46,420 nucleotides of DNA from an uncultured bacterium (lineage in GTDB: Bacteria; Oederibacteriota; PGYV01; CAWJRG01): contig CAWJRG010000008.1 in the NCBI GenBank assembly GCA_963845185.1, positions 1 through 46,420 on the forward strand, written 5' to 3'. Positions 1 to 9,414 of this stretch are shown here, piece by piece (the first letter of the stretch is position 1; every line of letters starts with the position of its first letter). The position numbers and the translations under genes were made by a program. The notes under the pieces are model-generated. The model did not search any database, was not told the DNA's origin, and saw nothing but the letters and a program-made list of their open reading frames with translations.

Positions 1-1134
1 ACTATGCCAATTTAAAAAAGTATTTCCAATATTAATCAACAAAATAGATTCACTCGCTTTATCTTTTTGAGCTATAACTTCTTTAAGTATCATCTTTTGT
101 AATAAAATTGATCTGCAATATTTTTTCAATCCGTTAAATGCTAACCCTAAATTCATATAATAATTTATTCTACCTTCTTTACTCCCGCTTCTTTTATCAA
201 TTTCATATGCTTTTTTTAAGAATTCAATCGACTCACTGAATTTTTTCATATTTATTAATACTGCAGCTATATTAGAATAACACACTGCTTGCCCTTTATA
301 ATCATCCAAATCTCTATATTCTTTTAATGCTGATTTAAAATTTTCTAATGATTTATCAAAATCCCCAATGTCCCTTAAAATTCCGCCAAGATTTACTATA
401 CACGAAATTTCATTCAATTTATTACCGACAACTTTAAATAAGCGTATTGCTTCAATAATATATTCAATTGCTTTTCTATATTGTCCTAGTGATTGATATG
501 CCAAACTAATATTTTGAAAATTTAATGCACTCCCTTCAACGTCCCCTGTTATAAAGTTTGCAAGTTTTGATTTTTTATAACATATTATTGCTTTTTCGTA
601 TTCTCCCAATTTATTATAAATATTTCCTAAATTTCCAAATGATGATTCAATTCCATTTGCATTCATTATTTCTATATCTAAATTCACTGCCTTTAAAAAG
701 TAATCTTCTGCTTGTTTGTATTCTTCCTTTACTTCATATGCCAACCCCATAAATCCATAACAAGAAGATTCAATAAATTTATCTTTAAGCGATTTATTTA
801 ATTCCAAAGCCAATTTTGTATACTCAAAAATTTTTTCAACATTATTTATTTGTGCATAAGATTCTACTGCACCAAGCAAACAAGAAGCTTGTCCTCTTTC
901 ATCACCGATTTCTTTAAAAATTTTGTAAGCTTCTTCCGATAACAGAGTTGCAGTTTTATGTTTCTTAATGTACTGTAATTTAATTGCGAAACTTAATAAA
1001 TTGGCTGCTTTATTGATTAACGGAAAACTTTCAATCAATTTCATCAATTCTTTTGTTGTTTCTCTGCTATTATTATCATTATATTTATAAATAATTTGAT
1101 CCACAATTGCTATAAATTCTTCTTTATCCGTAAT
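1..1134 (-). pseudogene. 5' half of an interrupted TPR-CHAT protease gene (TPR-repeat region)
   Basis: Stop-free minus frame from ~1134 (ATT after GGAGG; in-frame TTG at 1152 is an alternative start) to the window edge, absent from the ORF track. It encodes repeated TPR motifs (FGNLGNIYNKLGEYEKAI, NISLAYQSLGQYRKAIEY, NLGGILRDIGDFDKSLENF) and ends ...NIGNTFLNWH, which continues in frame at 39823. Confidence 0.85.
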
Positions 1135-1193
1135 AAACCTCCAATAGTTCAATTTAAGAAATTATGTGTCTCATGTTGCGCCACGTCAATTGC

Positions 1194-1424
1194 TTAGCTT
1201 TTACCTTTTTCATTGTTACGTTTTATAATTTTATGAAAGTCAACAATGCAATATATATCAAGCGAAACCGAAACAAGAAACATAACAGCCAGAAAAGAAA
1301 GAATAATAACATGCCAGCCAGCCTTGAGACCAATTAAAAACGCTCCTAAAGTTAATAATACTATTATCGTTGAAACAATAACACCGGTTAAACAGTTAGT
1401 AAAACTTTCGTCTTTATTTGTCAT
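1194..1424 (-). CDS. small two-TM membrane protein
   Basis: 76 aa ORF with two hydrophobic stretches, a basic tail and an AAGGGGA RBS. Confidence 0.6.
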   Translation of the reverse strand: MTNKDESFTNCLTGVIVSTIIVLLTLGAFLIGLKAGWHVIILSFLAVMFLVSVSLDIYCIVDFHKIIKRNNEKGKS

Positions 1425-1626
1425 AAATATCCCCTTTTGGTGTACTCACACCCTGTAAAAATAATTGGGTTATTTGTCAGCCCCGCTCTCACCTTTGTAT
1501 TAACAATTGTACTCTTTGCTCTATTGTTTTGTCAAGCAATAGTTGATTTTGGGCTGCACCCAAGAGACTGGACACATGTGTTAGAATAGACGGAGACCTG
1601 GCCTGATAAGGCAAAGGAGACCATCT

Positions 1627-1986
1627 ATGAAACCAAAGAGAGTTTTTGACAAAGAATTTAGGATACAAGTAGTAGAAGAATTGCTATCCAAGGTAAGTAC
1701 GCCGGCGCAGATAAGCCGGAAATATGGAATATCAGGGGGATTACTCCAGAATTGGAAGCAAAATTATGCCCGTGGCAAATACGGCAATGAACCTGATGAA
1801 GTCGAGGGGCTTAAAGAACATGTCCGGGAGCTTGAACGCAAGCTTGGGCAGATGACTATGGACAATGACTTTTTAAAAAAAGCCTGTCAACACCTTGCAA
1901 AAGCACCAAAGAAAAGAGAGAGTTTATTCGGCGGGCCATATCCGGGCGAAGAAGGCAAGGAGAAGTTAAAAGATGGTGCAAAATGA
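1627..1986 (+). CDS. IS3-family transposase OrfA (HTH)
   Basis: KRVFDKEFRIQVVE..SRKYGIS..LQNW HTH and the ELERKLGQMTMDNDFLKKA zipper. Confidence 0.9.
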   Translation: MKPKRVFDKEFRIQVVEELLSKVSTPAQISRKYGISGGLLQNWKQNYARGKYGNEPDEVEGLKEHVRELERKLGQMTMDNDFLKKACQHLAKAPKKRESLFGGPYPGEEGKEKLKDGAK

Positions 1987-2792
1987 CTGGGTTGAGCCGA
2001 AGCAGTTATTACTACAAACCCAAAGAAAAAAACCAGAAAAAATTAAAGGTGGACTGTGATTTAAGAGATAAAATTGAACGGATAGTTCTTGAGTTTGCAG
2101 GATATGGATATAGGCGGGTTACAAAACAGCTTCACCGTGAAGGTGTGATTGTAAACCACAAAAGAGTACAAAGAATCATGCGTGAAAGCTCGCTTTTGGT
2201 GGTGTACAAACGCAAGTGGGTAAAAACCACAGACTCCAATCACCCGTTCAGGATTTACCCGAATATAGCGAAGGACATGATCCTGACAACGTTAAACCAG
2301 CTCTGGCGTTCAGACATAACATACATCAGAATTTTGCTTGGCTTCGTGTATTTAGCGGTGATACTGGACGCTTTTTCAAGAAAGGTCATAGGCTACAATA
2401 TTTCGCTGTATCTTGATGCCGACCTTGCTATAGGAGCGCTTAAAATGGCCATAGAGAGACGTAAGCCCGGAACAGGCGTAGTCCATCATTCAGACCGCGG
2501 CGTGCAGTATGCCTGCAACGATTACGTTGGCATCTTGAAGGAACACGAATTTACTATCAGCATGTCGCGCAAAGGCAACCCGTACGACAACGCCGGAGCC
2601 GAGAGTTTTATGAAAACAATTAAATGTGAAGAAGTTTATATGTGGGATTATAAAACTATCGATGACGTCTTGAAAAGGATTCCATTTTTTATAGAGGAGG
2701 TGTATAATCAAAAAAGATTGCATTCGGCAATAGGCTACGTTCCACCGGTAGAATTTGAAACTAAACTACAGGAACAGGCCGGTTTGTTCTAA
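1983..2792 (+). CDS. IS3-family transposase OrfB (DDE)
   Basis: YGYRR, WRSDITY, HHSDRGVQY, DNAGAESF and RLHSAIGY motifs. Confidence 0.93.
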   Translation: MTGLSRSSYYYKPKEKNQKKLKVDCDLRDKIERIVLEFAGYGYRRVTKQLHREGVIVNHKRVQRIMRESSLLVVYKRKWVKTTDSNHPFRIYPNIAKDMILTTLNQLWRSDITYIRILLGFVYLAVILDAFSRKVIGYNISLYLDADLAIGALKMAIERRKPGTGVVHHSDRGVQYACNDYVGILKEHEFTISMSRKGNPYDNAGAESFMKTIKCEEVYMWDYKTIDDVLKRIPFFIEEVYNQKRLHSAIGYVPPVEFETKLQEQAGLF

Positions 2793-2936
2793 TCCGAGTG
2801 TCCAAACGAAGGGGTTCATTCCATTTTGATGAGCGAAGTGAGGAAAAACTTACTATTACTTGTCCCCGTTCAAGTCCGAGCTTATGCGAGGACAAGAGGG
2901 ACAAGGTTTATTTATCTCCCAAACTGCTATAAATAT

Positions 2937-3011
2937 AAAATCCCCGGCAGCCTGGCGGCTCTCCGGGGATCCTGTAAGTAAATCATTGAATACCATGTGT
3001 TCCCACACGGC
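2937..3011 (-). ncRNA. candidate ~75-nt small RNA, copy 1
   Basis: Minus-strand TTGAAA-17-TATACT promoter (3046-3018), 5' hairpin GCCGTGTG-GGAA-CACATGGT with a GNRA loop and G-U pairs, and a 3' GC-rich hairpin plus U run. Confidence 0.6.
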
Positions 3012-3035
3012 AATATAAGTATATCATACGAACTT
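2937..3035. repeat. 99-bp direct repeat, copy 1 (copy 2 at 9763-9861)
   Basis: Identical sequence AAAATCCCCGGCAGCC...TATCATACGAACTT at both places. Confidence 0.92.
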
Positions 3036-3213
3036 AATTTTTTCAAATTTTTGACTTTCTTTTAGGATGCCGGTAGCCCCTGCAGCTGCCAGCGCTGGCG
3101 GCCGCCCTCCTGGTATTTTGATTTTTGAGGGGTATTAGATATTGAGCAGGGTTAAAAAGTCTTGCTGTAGCGAGTCCTGAGCAGGAATTTTTAAAAAAAT
3201 TATCATAAAATAG

Positions 3214-3245
3214 AAAAGCCGCCTAAAACATCAGGGCGGCTATCC
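3214..3245 (-). terminator. intrinsic terminator (near-identical copy at 4342-4374)
   Basis: AGCCGCC..GGCGGCT hairpin followed by TTTT on the minus strand, directly after a stop codon. Confidence 0.7.
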
Positions 3246-3246
3246 T

Positions 3247-3432
3247 CTATTTTTCATAATAGAGACATTTTTTTTCGGGGTCTTTGCCGGTAGAACTAAA
3301 AGGGCATGGCCCGGTGATTTGATATAATAGTAATAGCATACTACAATAACTTGACTCCTGAACAGATTCAGAAACATCACTTTCCGTTTCTTTTTTCTTT
3401 GTTTCATAAAAATATTTACAACTATTAATCAT
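3247..3432 (-). CDS. small Cys-containing hypothetical protein
   Basis: ATG at 3432 preceded by AAGGGGAG; followed by a terminator. Confidence 0.5.
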   Translation of the reverse strand: MINSCKYFYETKKKETESDVSESVQESSYCSMLLLLYQITGPCPFSSTGKDPEKKCLYYEK

Positions 3433-3548
3433 AAAACTCCCCTTAATGTGCTCACACCATGCAGCTGCTGGCCGCTTTCCTGGCATAAGGCCTTAAAAGC
3501 TCTTCCTGACGATCCTCCGGAAGGCCTTAAATCGCCTTATACCGCTTT

Positions 3549-3833
3549 TTATTTCGGTTTTGGCCTCAGCTGCTCACAATATCCGCATATTTCGTATTTA
3601 TCATCATACGGTAAAAATTCGTGTATGCAAACCTTGCTTCCTTCAGCCCAATATCCATATCCTTTGAGCGTTACGCCGCAATCCATGCATGTAACGCCGT
3701 AATTATCGCCTACCGTCCTGTTATGTTGGCAATCATCAGGGATTATTGTATTGTTTGGACGTTCTAATGATTCTTTTATCATTTGCATAAGTTCTTCCTT
3801 GGTATATTTCTTTGGTTCTTTTGATTCGTCCAT
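3549..3833 (-). CDS. hypothetical zinc-finger-like protein
   Basis: CQH..CMDC and CIH..CGYC motifs. Confidence 0.6.
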   Translation of the reverse strand: MDESKEPKKYTKEELMQMIKESLERPNNTIIPDDCQHNRTVGDNYGVTCMDCGVTLKGYGYWAEGSKVCIHEFLPYDDKYEICGYCEQLRPKPK

Positions 3834-3847
3834 GGCTGCTTACTCTC

Positions 3848-4315
3848 TTAATTTACTTTAGTGTGATAAGGGTCATCAATCATTCCAAAACATGTGTAAT
3901 GATTTCTAAGAACACGTGTTCCAAATTTTCTTCTTGCAACAAATCCTTTTTTAAACGCCCATTGTTCCTCAATTGTTTTGTAGTTGTATTTTTCCATGGC
4001 AAGAAATATTACAGAGTCTTCTTCATCTCCCAAATCATCATTATATCCAAAAGTATACCTACCCTTTTGCTTTCCCTGGCACATATAATTACAAATTAAT
4101 ACGCACTCTTTATCTAATCGTGTTGCATATTCTTTTCCGTAATTTTTGCGTTCAACAAATCCATTTCTGAAAGCCAATTCTTCCTCAACATATAAGTAGT
4201 TTTTTTGTTGCAATATATCATATAATGCAACTAATTCCTCGATAGCTAAACCCTTATCAAACTCATAATTTCTATGGTCCGGATAATATGAAAAATTTTT
4301 ATCTATTTTTGTCAT
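3848..4315 (-). CDS. hypothetical protein
   Basis: 155 aa ORF with an AAGGAG RBS and an internal near-repeat (AFRNGFVERKNYG / AFKKGFVARRKFG). Confidence 0.65.
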   Translation of the reverse strand: MTKIDKNFSYYPDHRNYEFDKGLAIEELVALYDILQQKNYLYVEEELAFRNGFVERKNYGKEYATRLDKECVLICNYMCQGKQKGRYTFGYNDDLGDEEDSVIFLAMEKYNYKTIEEQWAFKKGFVARRKFGTRVLRNHYTCFGMIDDPYHTKVN

Positions 4316-4341
4316 AAAAGCTCCTTTTGGACATTAAGAAT

Positions 4342-4374
4342 AAAAAGCCGCCCAAAACACCAGGGCGGCTAACC
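4342..4374 (-). terminator. intrinsic terminator (near-identical copy at 3214-3245)
   Basis: AGCCGCCC..GGGCGGCT hairpin with a T-run on the minus strand. Confidence 0.7.
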
Positions 4375-4389
4375 TTGCATAGTCAGCCT

Positions 4390-4896
4390 TTAAACCTTAT
4401 TTTTTTTCCACTTCCCTTTTGGATATTCTTTGAGGCTTCCGTAAACACCATAACAGTGAACGTAAAATGTTACCCTGCCTTTTTTTATACAGATATTTTT
4501 ATCTATTTCTTTTTTGATAAAATTCAAAATTTCGCTTATAAGCTTGTTTCGTTTCGCTTCCTTTAAATCCCACGGAACATGAGCATCCAAAAAAATTTCA
4601 TAATAAATATAGTTTTTTGATAATTTTAAATATTCTAATCCGCTGACTTCAATGCTTTGGGAATTAACAGCTTCAAAATATGGTATGTGAAAACTCCTGT
4701 ATAACTGCTCTTCGTTTTGTTTTAATGCCTTGTTTAAGGTGTCAGTCAATTTAAGTTCAATATTTCTTTTAATGGTTTCCTTAGCATAAGTCATGCTTTT
4801 CTTTTTCTCTTCGTCAAAAGTTTTAACCCGCTTCCATTCGCCTTTTTCAAAAGAATCCAAAAGTTCTTTCTCGCCTTTTTGCGGTTTTGTCTTCAT
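4390..4896 (-). CDS. hypothetical protein with an antitoxin-like N-terminus
   Basis: Likely start at 4896, since the longer ORF overlaps the upstream gene. EKELLDSFEKGEWKRV..YAKETIK resembles the N-terminus of CopG/BrnA-like antitoxins. Confidence 0.5.
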   Translation of the reverse strand: MKTKPQKGEKELLDSFEKGEWKRVKTFDEEKKKSMTYAKETIKRNIELKLTDTLNKALKQNEEQLYRSFHIPYFEAVNSQSIEVSGLEYLKLSKNYIYYEIFLDAHVPWDLKEAKRNKLISEILNFIKKEIDKNICIKKGRVTFYVHCYGVYGSLKEYPKGKWKKNKV

Positions 4897-4925
4897 CTTT
4901 TTTTCTATCACCGTTTTATGTGTCT

Positions 4926-5255
4926 TTATCTTCCAGAAAAAACAAGATTTAAAGGAAGTTTTGCGCCTACTCCGTGGGCTACTTTCGATAAAGTAGTATA
5001 TTCCGCATTTTTTGACCCGTTTAAAACCCAAGCCAATACCTGATGTCTTAATCCCGCCCTTTTAGCAAGGGCATAATAAGTAAGGTGTTCCCTTTTCATC
5101 GCAAATTTTATCTGTTCAACAAAATGATAAAACTCTTCAGCTTCATCATAAGCTTCCTGTGCCTCTTTGTGTTTCATAACTTTTTTAAAATAGGCGGCCT
5201 CTTTTTCCTTGCTTACCAAAGTAATTCCCTCTTTTTTAGCCGTTGTTTTTTTCAT
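4926..5255 (-). CDS. XRE-family HTH protein (HigA-like)
   Basis: LTYYALAKRAGLRHQVLAWVLNG..YTTLSKVAHGVG HTH pattern; GGAG RBS. Confidence 0.75.
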   Translation of the reverse strand: MKKTTAKKEGITLVSKEKEAAYFKKVMKHKEAQEAYDEAEEFYHFVEQIKFAMKREHLTYYALAKRAGLRHQVLAWVLNGSKNAEYTTLSKVAHGVGAKLPLNLVFSGR

Positions 5256-5269
5256 AACTTGCTCTCCAT

Positions 5270-5452
5270 TTATTTTAGATGTCTTTTGGCCGTTTTTTCA
5301 TCATGCATAATCTTATTTTTGTCGTTCTCAAATTCATTAATCGCTTTAATGTCCACTGCAAATTCTTTGCGCGAAACGTGAATTTTGTCAAATACCTTTT
5401 TTACATCCTTATCTTTTGCGATAATGATTTGTTCTTTCGTTATTTTTTTCAT
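5270..5452 (-). CDS. small hypothetical protein
   Basis: 60 aa ORF tightly packed in the minus-strand operon. Confidence 0.45.
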   Translation of the reverse strand: MKKITKEQIIIAKDKDVKKVFDKIHVSRKEFAVDIKAINEFENDKNKIMHDEKTAKRHLK

Positions 5453-5461
5453 GATTTTATC

Positions 5462-5719
5462 TCACTCCGGTAAACATACGGATATTTTTGCTATTGTGAT
5501 TTGCCCGTCATCCGTGATTTCAAAATCAAAAGCGTACTTTTTCACCGTATATTTGAAAAATCCCGGGGCTATGCGTTTTATTCCGTCGCTTTCCTTGTAT
5601 GGCCGGATTTTATGAGCCAGCGTGCATATATTGTCGTAAATATCCTGCCTTTCAGACGGCCGAGCAATCATAAATTCCTGTGCTGTTTTTGCTATTTTAA
5701 AAAGCTTGTACGAAACCAT
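5462..5719 (-). CDS. RelE/ParE-like toxin (putative)
   Basis: 85 aa with a RelE-like layout (IKRI..GFFKYTVKKYAFDFEI..ITIAKI), directly downstream of an RHH gene. Confidence 0.5.
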   Translation of the reverse strand: MVSYKLFKIAKTAQEFMIARPSERQDIYDNICTLAHKIRPYKESDGIKRIAPGFFKYTVKKYAFDFEITDDGQITIAKISVCLPE

Positions 5720-5731
5720 GCGAAATGCCCC

Positions 5732-5986
5732 TTATTTGTTTTTCCTCGTCTTTACTCCTATACTTCCGGCGAATGTGTCCAGGTCAACGGCAGAATCTTT
5801 TTCATTTGCCATATAATTGGCGTATGTCAATAAATCTTCCTCCGTCTGCCGCCTGTTAATCTCGTTTTTTACGGCTTTTTCAATAAACTTATTCAGCTTA
5901 AAGCCCTCTTTGTCGCAAATTTCCTTTAATTCGTGTTTTACCTCGCTGTCCATTTGGATAGTAAAGGACGATACTTTTGTTGTCAT
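5732..5986 (-). CDS. ribbon-helix-helix antitoxin/regulator
   Basis: FTIQMDSEVKHELKEICDKEGFKLNKFIEKAV RHH pattern. Confidence 0.7.
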   Translation of the reverse strand: MTTKVSSFTIQMDSEVKHELKEICDKEGFKLNKFIEKAVKNEINRRQTEEDLLTYANYMANEKDSAVDLDTFAGSIGVKTRKNK

Positions 5987-6110
5987 TGTTTTTCACCTGC
6001 CTTTTTGTTATCTACTTTTGGTGTCCTATTTCTGTTATAAATATATCATATATAAAACCAAAAAGCAACAAAAAAAAGTTATTTTTAGTTATTTATTGTT
6101 AATATGCAGT

Positions 6111-6632
6111 TTATCTCTCCTTTGTTGTCAGTTTGTGCCCCTGAGCAATCAGGTTCTTTGTCCATAATTCAAAAAAATCATTTAAAGAGGCTTTCAGTTT
6201 CGGATATTCTCTGATTTTATTGCCTTCATCATCAAAGTCATATACGCTGTCATACCTGTTTATATCCTGATAACTTATTGCCTCAGCTGTCTTATGTTCA
6301 AAATTAATTTCAATTTCCATGTCAGGGTCAGGCACAACATCGCCGTTTAAAATATAATTATGTGCCATGGCGATATTATAAATAATCCCTTTTCTCCTGA
6401 ACACAACATCAACGGACAATGCCATAAACCCCAGCGTTTCAAATTTCAAATAATTGTAGTTTGCGACTAGTTCCTTTAATCCAGAAAGAAATCCCCTATG
6501 TTGAGGGGATATATTATGCCTTTCCGGAGGGAATTTATCATTGACCTTCGACTCCTGTCGTCGGGGTTCCACTTTTCCTTCGAAAATTATTTCAAGGCGT
6601 TCAAAGTTCCTTTCGTAAATTGTTTTTCCCAT
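6111..6632 (-). CDS. DUF1249/DUF6908-like protein
   Basis: GFMALSVD, AMAHNYILNGDVVPDPDMEI and LNDFFELWTKNLIAQGH motifs. Confidence 0.65.
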   Translation of the reverse strand: MGKTIYERNFERLEIIFEGKVEPRRQESKVNDKFPPERHNISPQHRGFLSGLKELVANYNYLKFETLGFMALSVDVVFRRKGIIYNIAMAHNYILNGDVVPDPDMEIEINFEHKTAEAISYQDINRYDSVYDFDDEGNKIREYPKLKASLNDFFELWTKNLIAQGHKLTTKER

Positions 6633-6835
6633 TTGCTTTTTCCTTTCCGGCAGGGCAGGTGTTCCCTGCCCCGCCTGTTGTGGTGTTTATAGCGGTATGG
6701 TTTCCAGTAGTTCGCCGATTTGCTTCATTACTTCGCAATAATTTTTTTCAATTTCCTTTTTTGTTTTGTAATCGTGCTCGTAGTCCATTTCCTCGTTTAG
6801 AATTCTTGCTTTTTTGTAAAGGTCCTGTAAAAACA

Positions 6836-7354
6836 TTAGTTTTCCTCCTTTTCGTTTTCCATTACGTACCTGAAACTTTCCCTGTACCTGTCAATCAAAC
6901 CCTGTTCGTAAAACGAGAAGTATTTTTCCCCTGTGCCGATTATGATATGGTCAAGCAATTGAATATCCATATTGCGGCATGCGAATAAAAGCCTTTTGGT
7001 TATCTTTTTATCGTTTTCCGATGGCGTGAAGTCGCCGCTTGGGTGGTTGTGCATGACTATTATTGACAGTGCGGCTATATTAAGGGCTTGTTTGATTATT
7101 TCCCTCGGATATAGCAGGCTTTGGCTCAATGTTCCTTCGCTTATTGTCCTGAAATCCATGATTTTATTCTTAGCGTCAAGATACACGCAAAAAACGGCTT
7201 CTTTGTCAAACGGCGCTATTGTCTGAAAATATTTGAGGATGTCGTCCTGTTTCTTGATAACATTTTTCCTGAAGCCCGTTATTTCCTCTCTTAAACTTAA
7301 AACTTTTTCCTGCAACCTCTTGAACTCTTCAACCTTCTTTTCCAGTGTTTTCAT
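6836..7354 (-). CDS. radC: RadC-like JAB-domain protein
   Basis: E..YLDAKN, YPREI, HNHPSGDFTPSEND and LLDHIII motifs. Confidence 0.9.
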   Translation of the reverse strand: MKTLEKKVEEFKRLQEKVLSLREEITGFRKNVIKKQDDILKYFQTIAPFDKEAVFCVYLDAKNKIMDFRTISEGTLSQSLLYPREIIKQALNIAALSIIVMHNHPSGDFTPSENDKKITKRLLFACRNMDIQLLDHIIIGTGEKYFSFYEQGLIDRYRESFRYVMENEKEEN

Positions 7355-7784
7355 GTCTTGCTCCTTTTCTGCGCTTCGCGCTTTGTAGTGAACTGTTCTT
7401 TAAACGAACAGCTCCTCATCCCTTCCAACCTTTTCAAAAGGCTCTCGAAAGGTTGCGAAGGGTGAGGGTAAAAAAGCTGAAGCGAAAAAAGGTTTTATAT
7501 AATTTGAATAATCGAAATAAAACATCCTTTGCCGCGCAGTTACTGGCACGGATTTGGAACAAATATAGTGACAGGGCATAAGGATTTTTTATTTATGTTC
7601 ATTGAAGGGAAAACAAGCCGCAAAAAGGGATTATTGCTTTTAAGCGACCAACAAAAACATGAAGCGGTATCATATTTTTGCGGAAGAAGCGCAACTTTTG
7701 CTTTTTGCGGTTTTACCGGGAAATCAGAAATCTTTTTTTGTGAAGTGCAGGGAAAGAATGCGGGTTATATTTGGAAGGATTAAA

Positions 7785-7817
7785 TAAAAAAGCCCGGAGT
7801 TTTGGACCTCGGGCTTA
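7785..7817 (-). terminator. terminator of the serpin gene
   Basis: AAGCCCG..CGGGCTT hairpin with a T-run on the minus strand, just after the serpin stop. Confidence 0.65.
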
Positions 7818-7844
7818 TATTACAATGCAGTAATTTTTTACGGC

Positions 7845-9125
7845 TTATCCTGCGTTCGGGTCATTGACCTTGCCCATGAATAATATCGTGTTTGACGTGT
7901 TTTCCCGTATCATGAATATAAACGGGCTGTTTACGGTAAAGTAATACTGAACCGGTATTATGCCATTACCAGTAACAACTACCCCTGTCGCTGCCGCGGC
8001 TTCTGTGCCATATTCAGCCACAGAAACATATGCCTTGTGAAAAACACCGCTAATATAAAGGTTCCCCAGGCTTGACATGCCTGTAAAATCAGCTTTTACC
8101 GGTGAAAAAGGAGTAGGCATGCCCATTGCCGATAAAGTGTTGACTAGACCGTATGAGGTGTTCACTGTAAATTTTGGGAGTGAAACCGCAACATCGCTTG
8201 TTGAAGTAACTGTCGCGGGCCTTGCCGCCAGCCACGAGTTCATCTTGTCGCCTGTCATGTAATTGTCAAGGCTCGCCATTCCGGCTGCGCCTGCAGGCGG
8301 AAGGAATATAAACATTGATACTTCTTTATCCAGGTAAGGCAGTTCCATGGCAGACGCGACACCGTAATAATTCTCCACGTTTGAGGCCAGAGTCTGGTGC
8401 ATGGTTTGCACCTGCTCTACCTGGCCCGAACTTGTCGTAAAAGCATTGTAGGTGGTGGAATTCACGTCAAACTGGCTCACCCACGTGGCTTCAAAATATA
8501 TTGCGTTGGTCAGGACAAGAGCTGTTGTCGGCCCAATACTTCCGCTTGGCAGTAAATTGGTAATCTTGCCGGCAGTTTCATTTGCGACCGCGGTATTAAT
8601 TGTATTCAGGCACGCGCTTGCGTTATTTACAAAATCCATTGCCGTGGCAGAAGCACTGTAGTATGTCTCCACTGTGTTTAGAAAACTCGGTAAAAACGGA
8701 TAGTTTTGTTCCAGCCAGAGGTTATTGGCTGTACTGAGCATGTAATAATGCTTGTTCGGGTTGTTTATTTCGGTGATTAAACTCGCGAAAGCCTGCCAAC
8801 GCGTGGTATTATCCTGCTGCAAATAAAGCACCTTTGCCATTTCCAATGCTGTCTCTCCTTTCGCGCCTTCATAGGTCATGGAAAGCGCAGTATAAATGCT
8901 GAACGGCGAGAAAAATACATTGTTGTTTGACGAGTTTATCTGGTGGTACAGGGCAAAGGTAAAATCATTGTCTCCCTCGGCTGGCGGCTCCTGCACTATT
9001 GCGGCCTGCACCTGCTGCGGGGTCTGAATAGGCATGATTGCCGCGGGATTGTGAGATTTGCAACTGTTAAAAGCAAGGAATATAAGTGCCGTGGCAAAAA
9101 CCATAAAGGCCTTTTGTTTTTTCAT
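7845..9125 (-). CDS. serpin-family protease inhibitor, probable lipoprotein
   Basis: NVFFSPFSI, LVLTNAIYF, LPKF, hinge EYGTEAAAATG and PFIFMIR..ILFMGKVNDP motifs; signal peptide ending LAFNSC. Confidence 0.93.
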   Translation of the reverse strand: MKKQKAFMVFATALIFLAFNSCKSHNPAAIMPIQTPQQVQAAIVQEPPAEGDNDFTFALYHQINSSNNNVFFSPFSIYTALSMTYEGAKGETALEMAKVLYLQQDNTTRWQAFASLITEINNPNKHYYMLSTANNLWLEQNYPFLPSFLNTVETYYSASATAMDFVNNASACLNTINTAVANETAGKITNLLPSGSIGPTTALVLTNAIYFEATWVSQFDVNSTTYNAFTTSSGQVEQVQTMHQTLASNVENYYGVASAMELPYLDKEVSMFIFLPPAGAAGMASLDNYMTGDKMNSWLAARPATVTSTSDVAVSLPKFTVNTSYGLVNTLSAMGMPTPFSPVKADFTGMSSLGNLYISGVFHKAYVSVAEYGTEAAAATGVVVTGNGIIPVQYYFTVNSPFIFMIRENTSNTILFMGKVNDPNAG

Positions 9126-9169
9126 AACTTGCCCACCTCCTAAAAACAGACATCTCTTAATTATGTATA

Positions 9170-9198
9170 ATTATACCTCTTGTTAAATATTTTGTCAA
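9170..9198 (-). promoter_or_regulatory. consensus sigma70 promoter of the serpin gene
   Basis: TTGACA-17-TATAAT on the minus strand, with a GGAGG RBS downstream. Confidence 0.8.
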
Positions 9199-9318
9199 GT
9201 TTTATTATTAACGACTTTTCAAGTCCCCTACCCTATTTTTCTTATTCTGCATGATTGAGAATGATAAAAAATTTGAAAGGAAAGTTGAAATTTATGTGGA
9301 ATGGTATATACTTATTAT

Positions 9319-9414
9319 TGCCCGGGGATCCCCCATTGAAACACAAAATGCGTGGCGTTTTATCCCATTCCCCTCCAATCCCCCCTTAACGCCATGCAGT
9401 CTCCGGGCATTTTC
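9319..9414 (+). ncRNA. candidate structured small RNA with C-rich loops
   Basis: Upstream TTGAAA-16-TATACT; outer stem 9319-9328/9400-9409 and inner stem 9349-9359/9388-9398, each with a G-U pair in plus sense; ends in TTTT. Confidence 0.5.

Larger units (their letters stand above)
1550..2823 (+). mobile_element. IS3-family insertion sequence (~1.27 kb)
   Basis: Imperfect terminal IRs TGGGCTGCACCCAAGAGACTGGACAC / GTGTCCAAACGAAGGGGTTCATTCCA (TG...CA), TTT on both flanks (3-bp duplication), orfA/orfB layout and an A7 slippery run near 1875-1881. Confidence 0.9.

Noticed and set aside
9324..9342. GGGGATCCCCCATTGAAAC as a solitary CRISPR repeat (Racr/CreA-like)
   Set aside because: Only the terminal ATTGAAAC matches the array repeat; the stem sequence and spacing differ. 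Kept only as part of the sRNA candidate.
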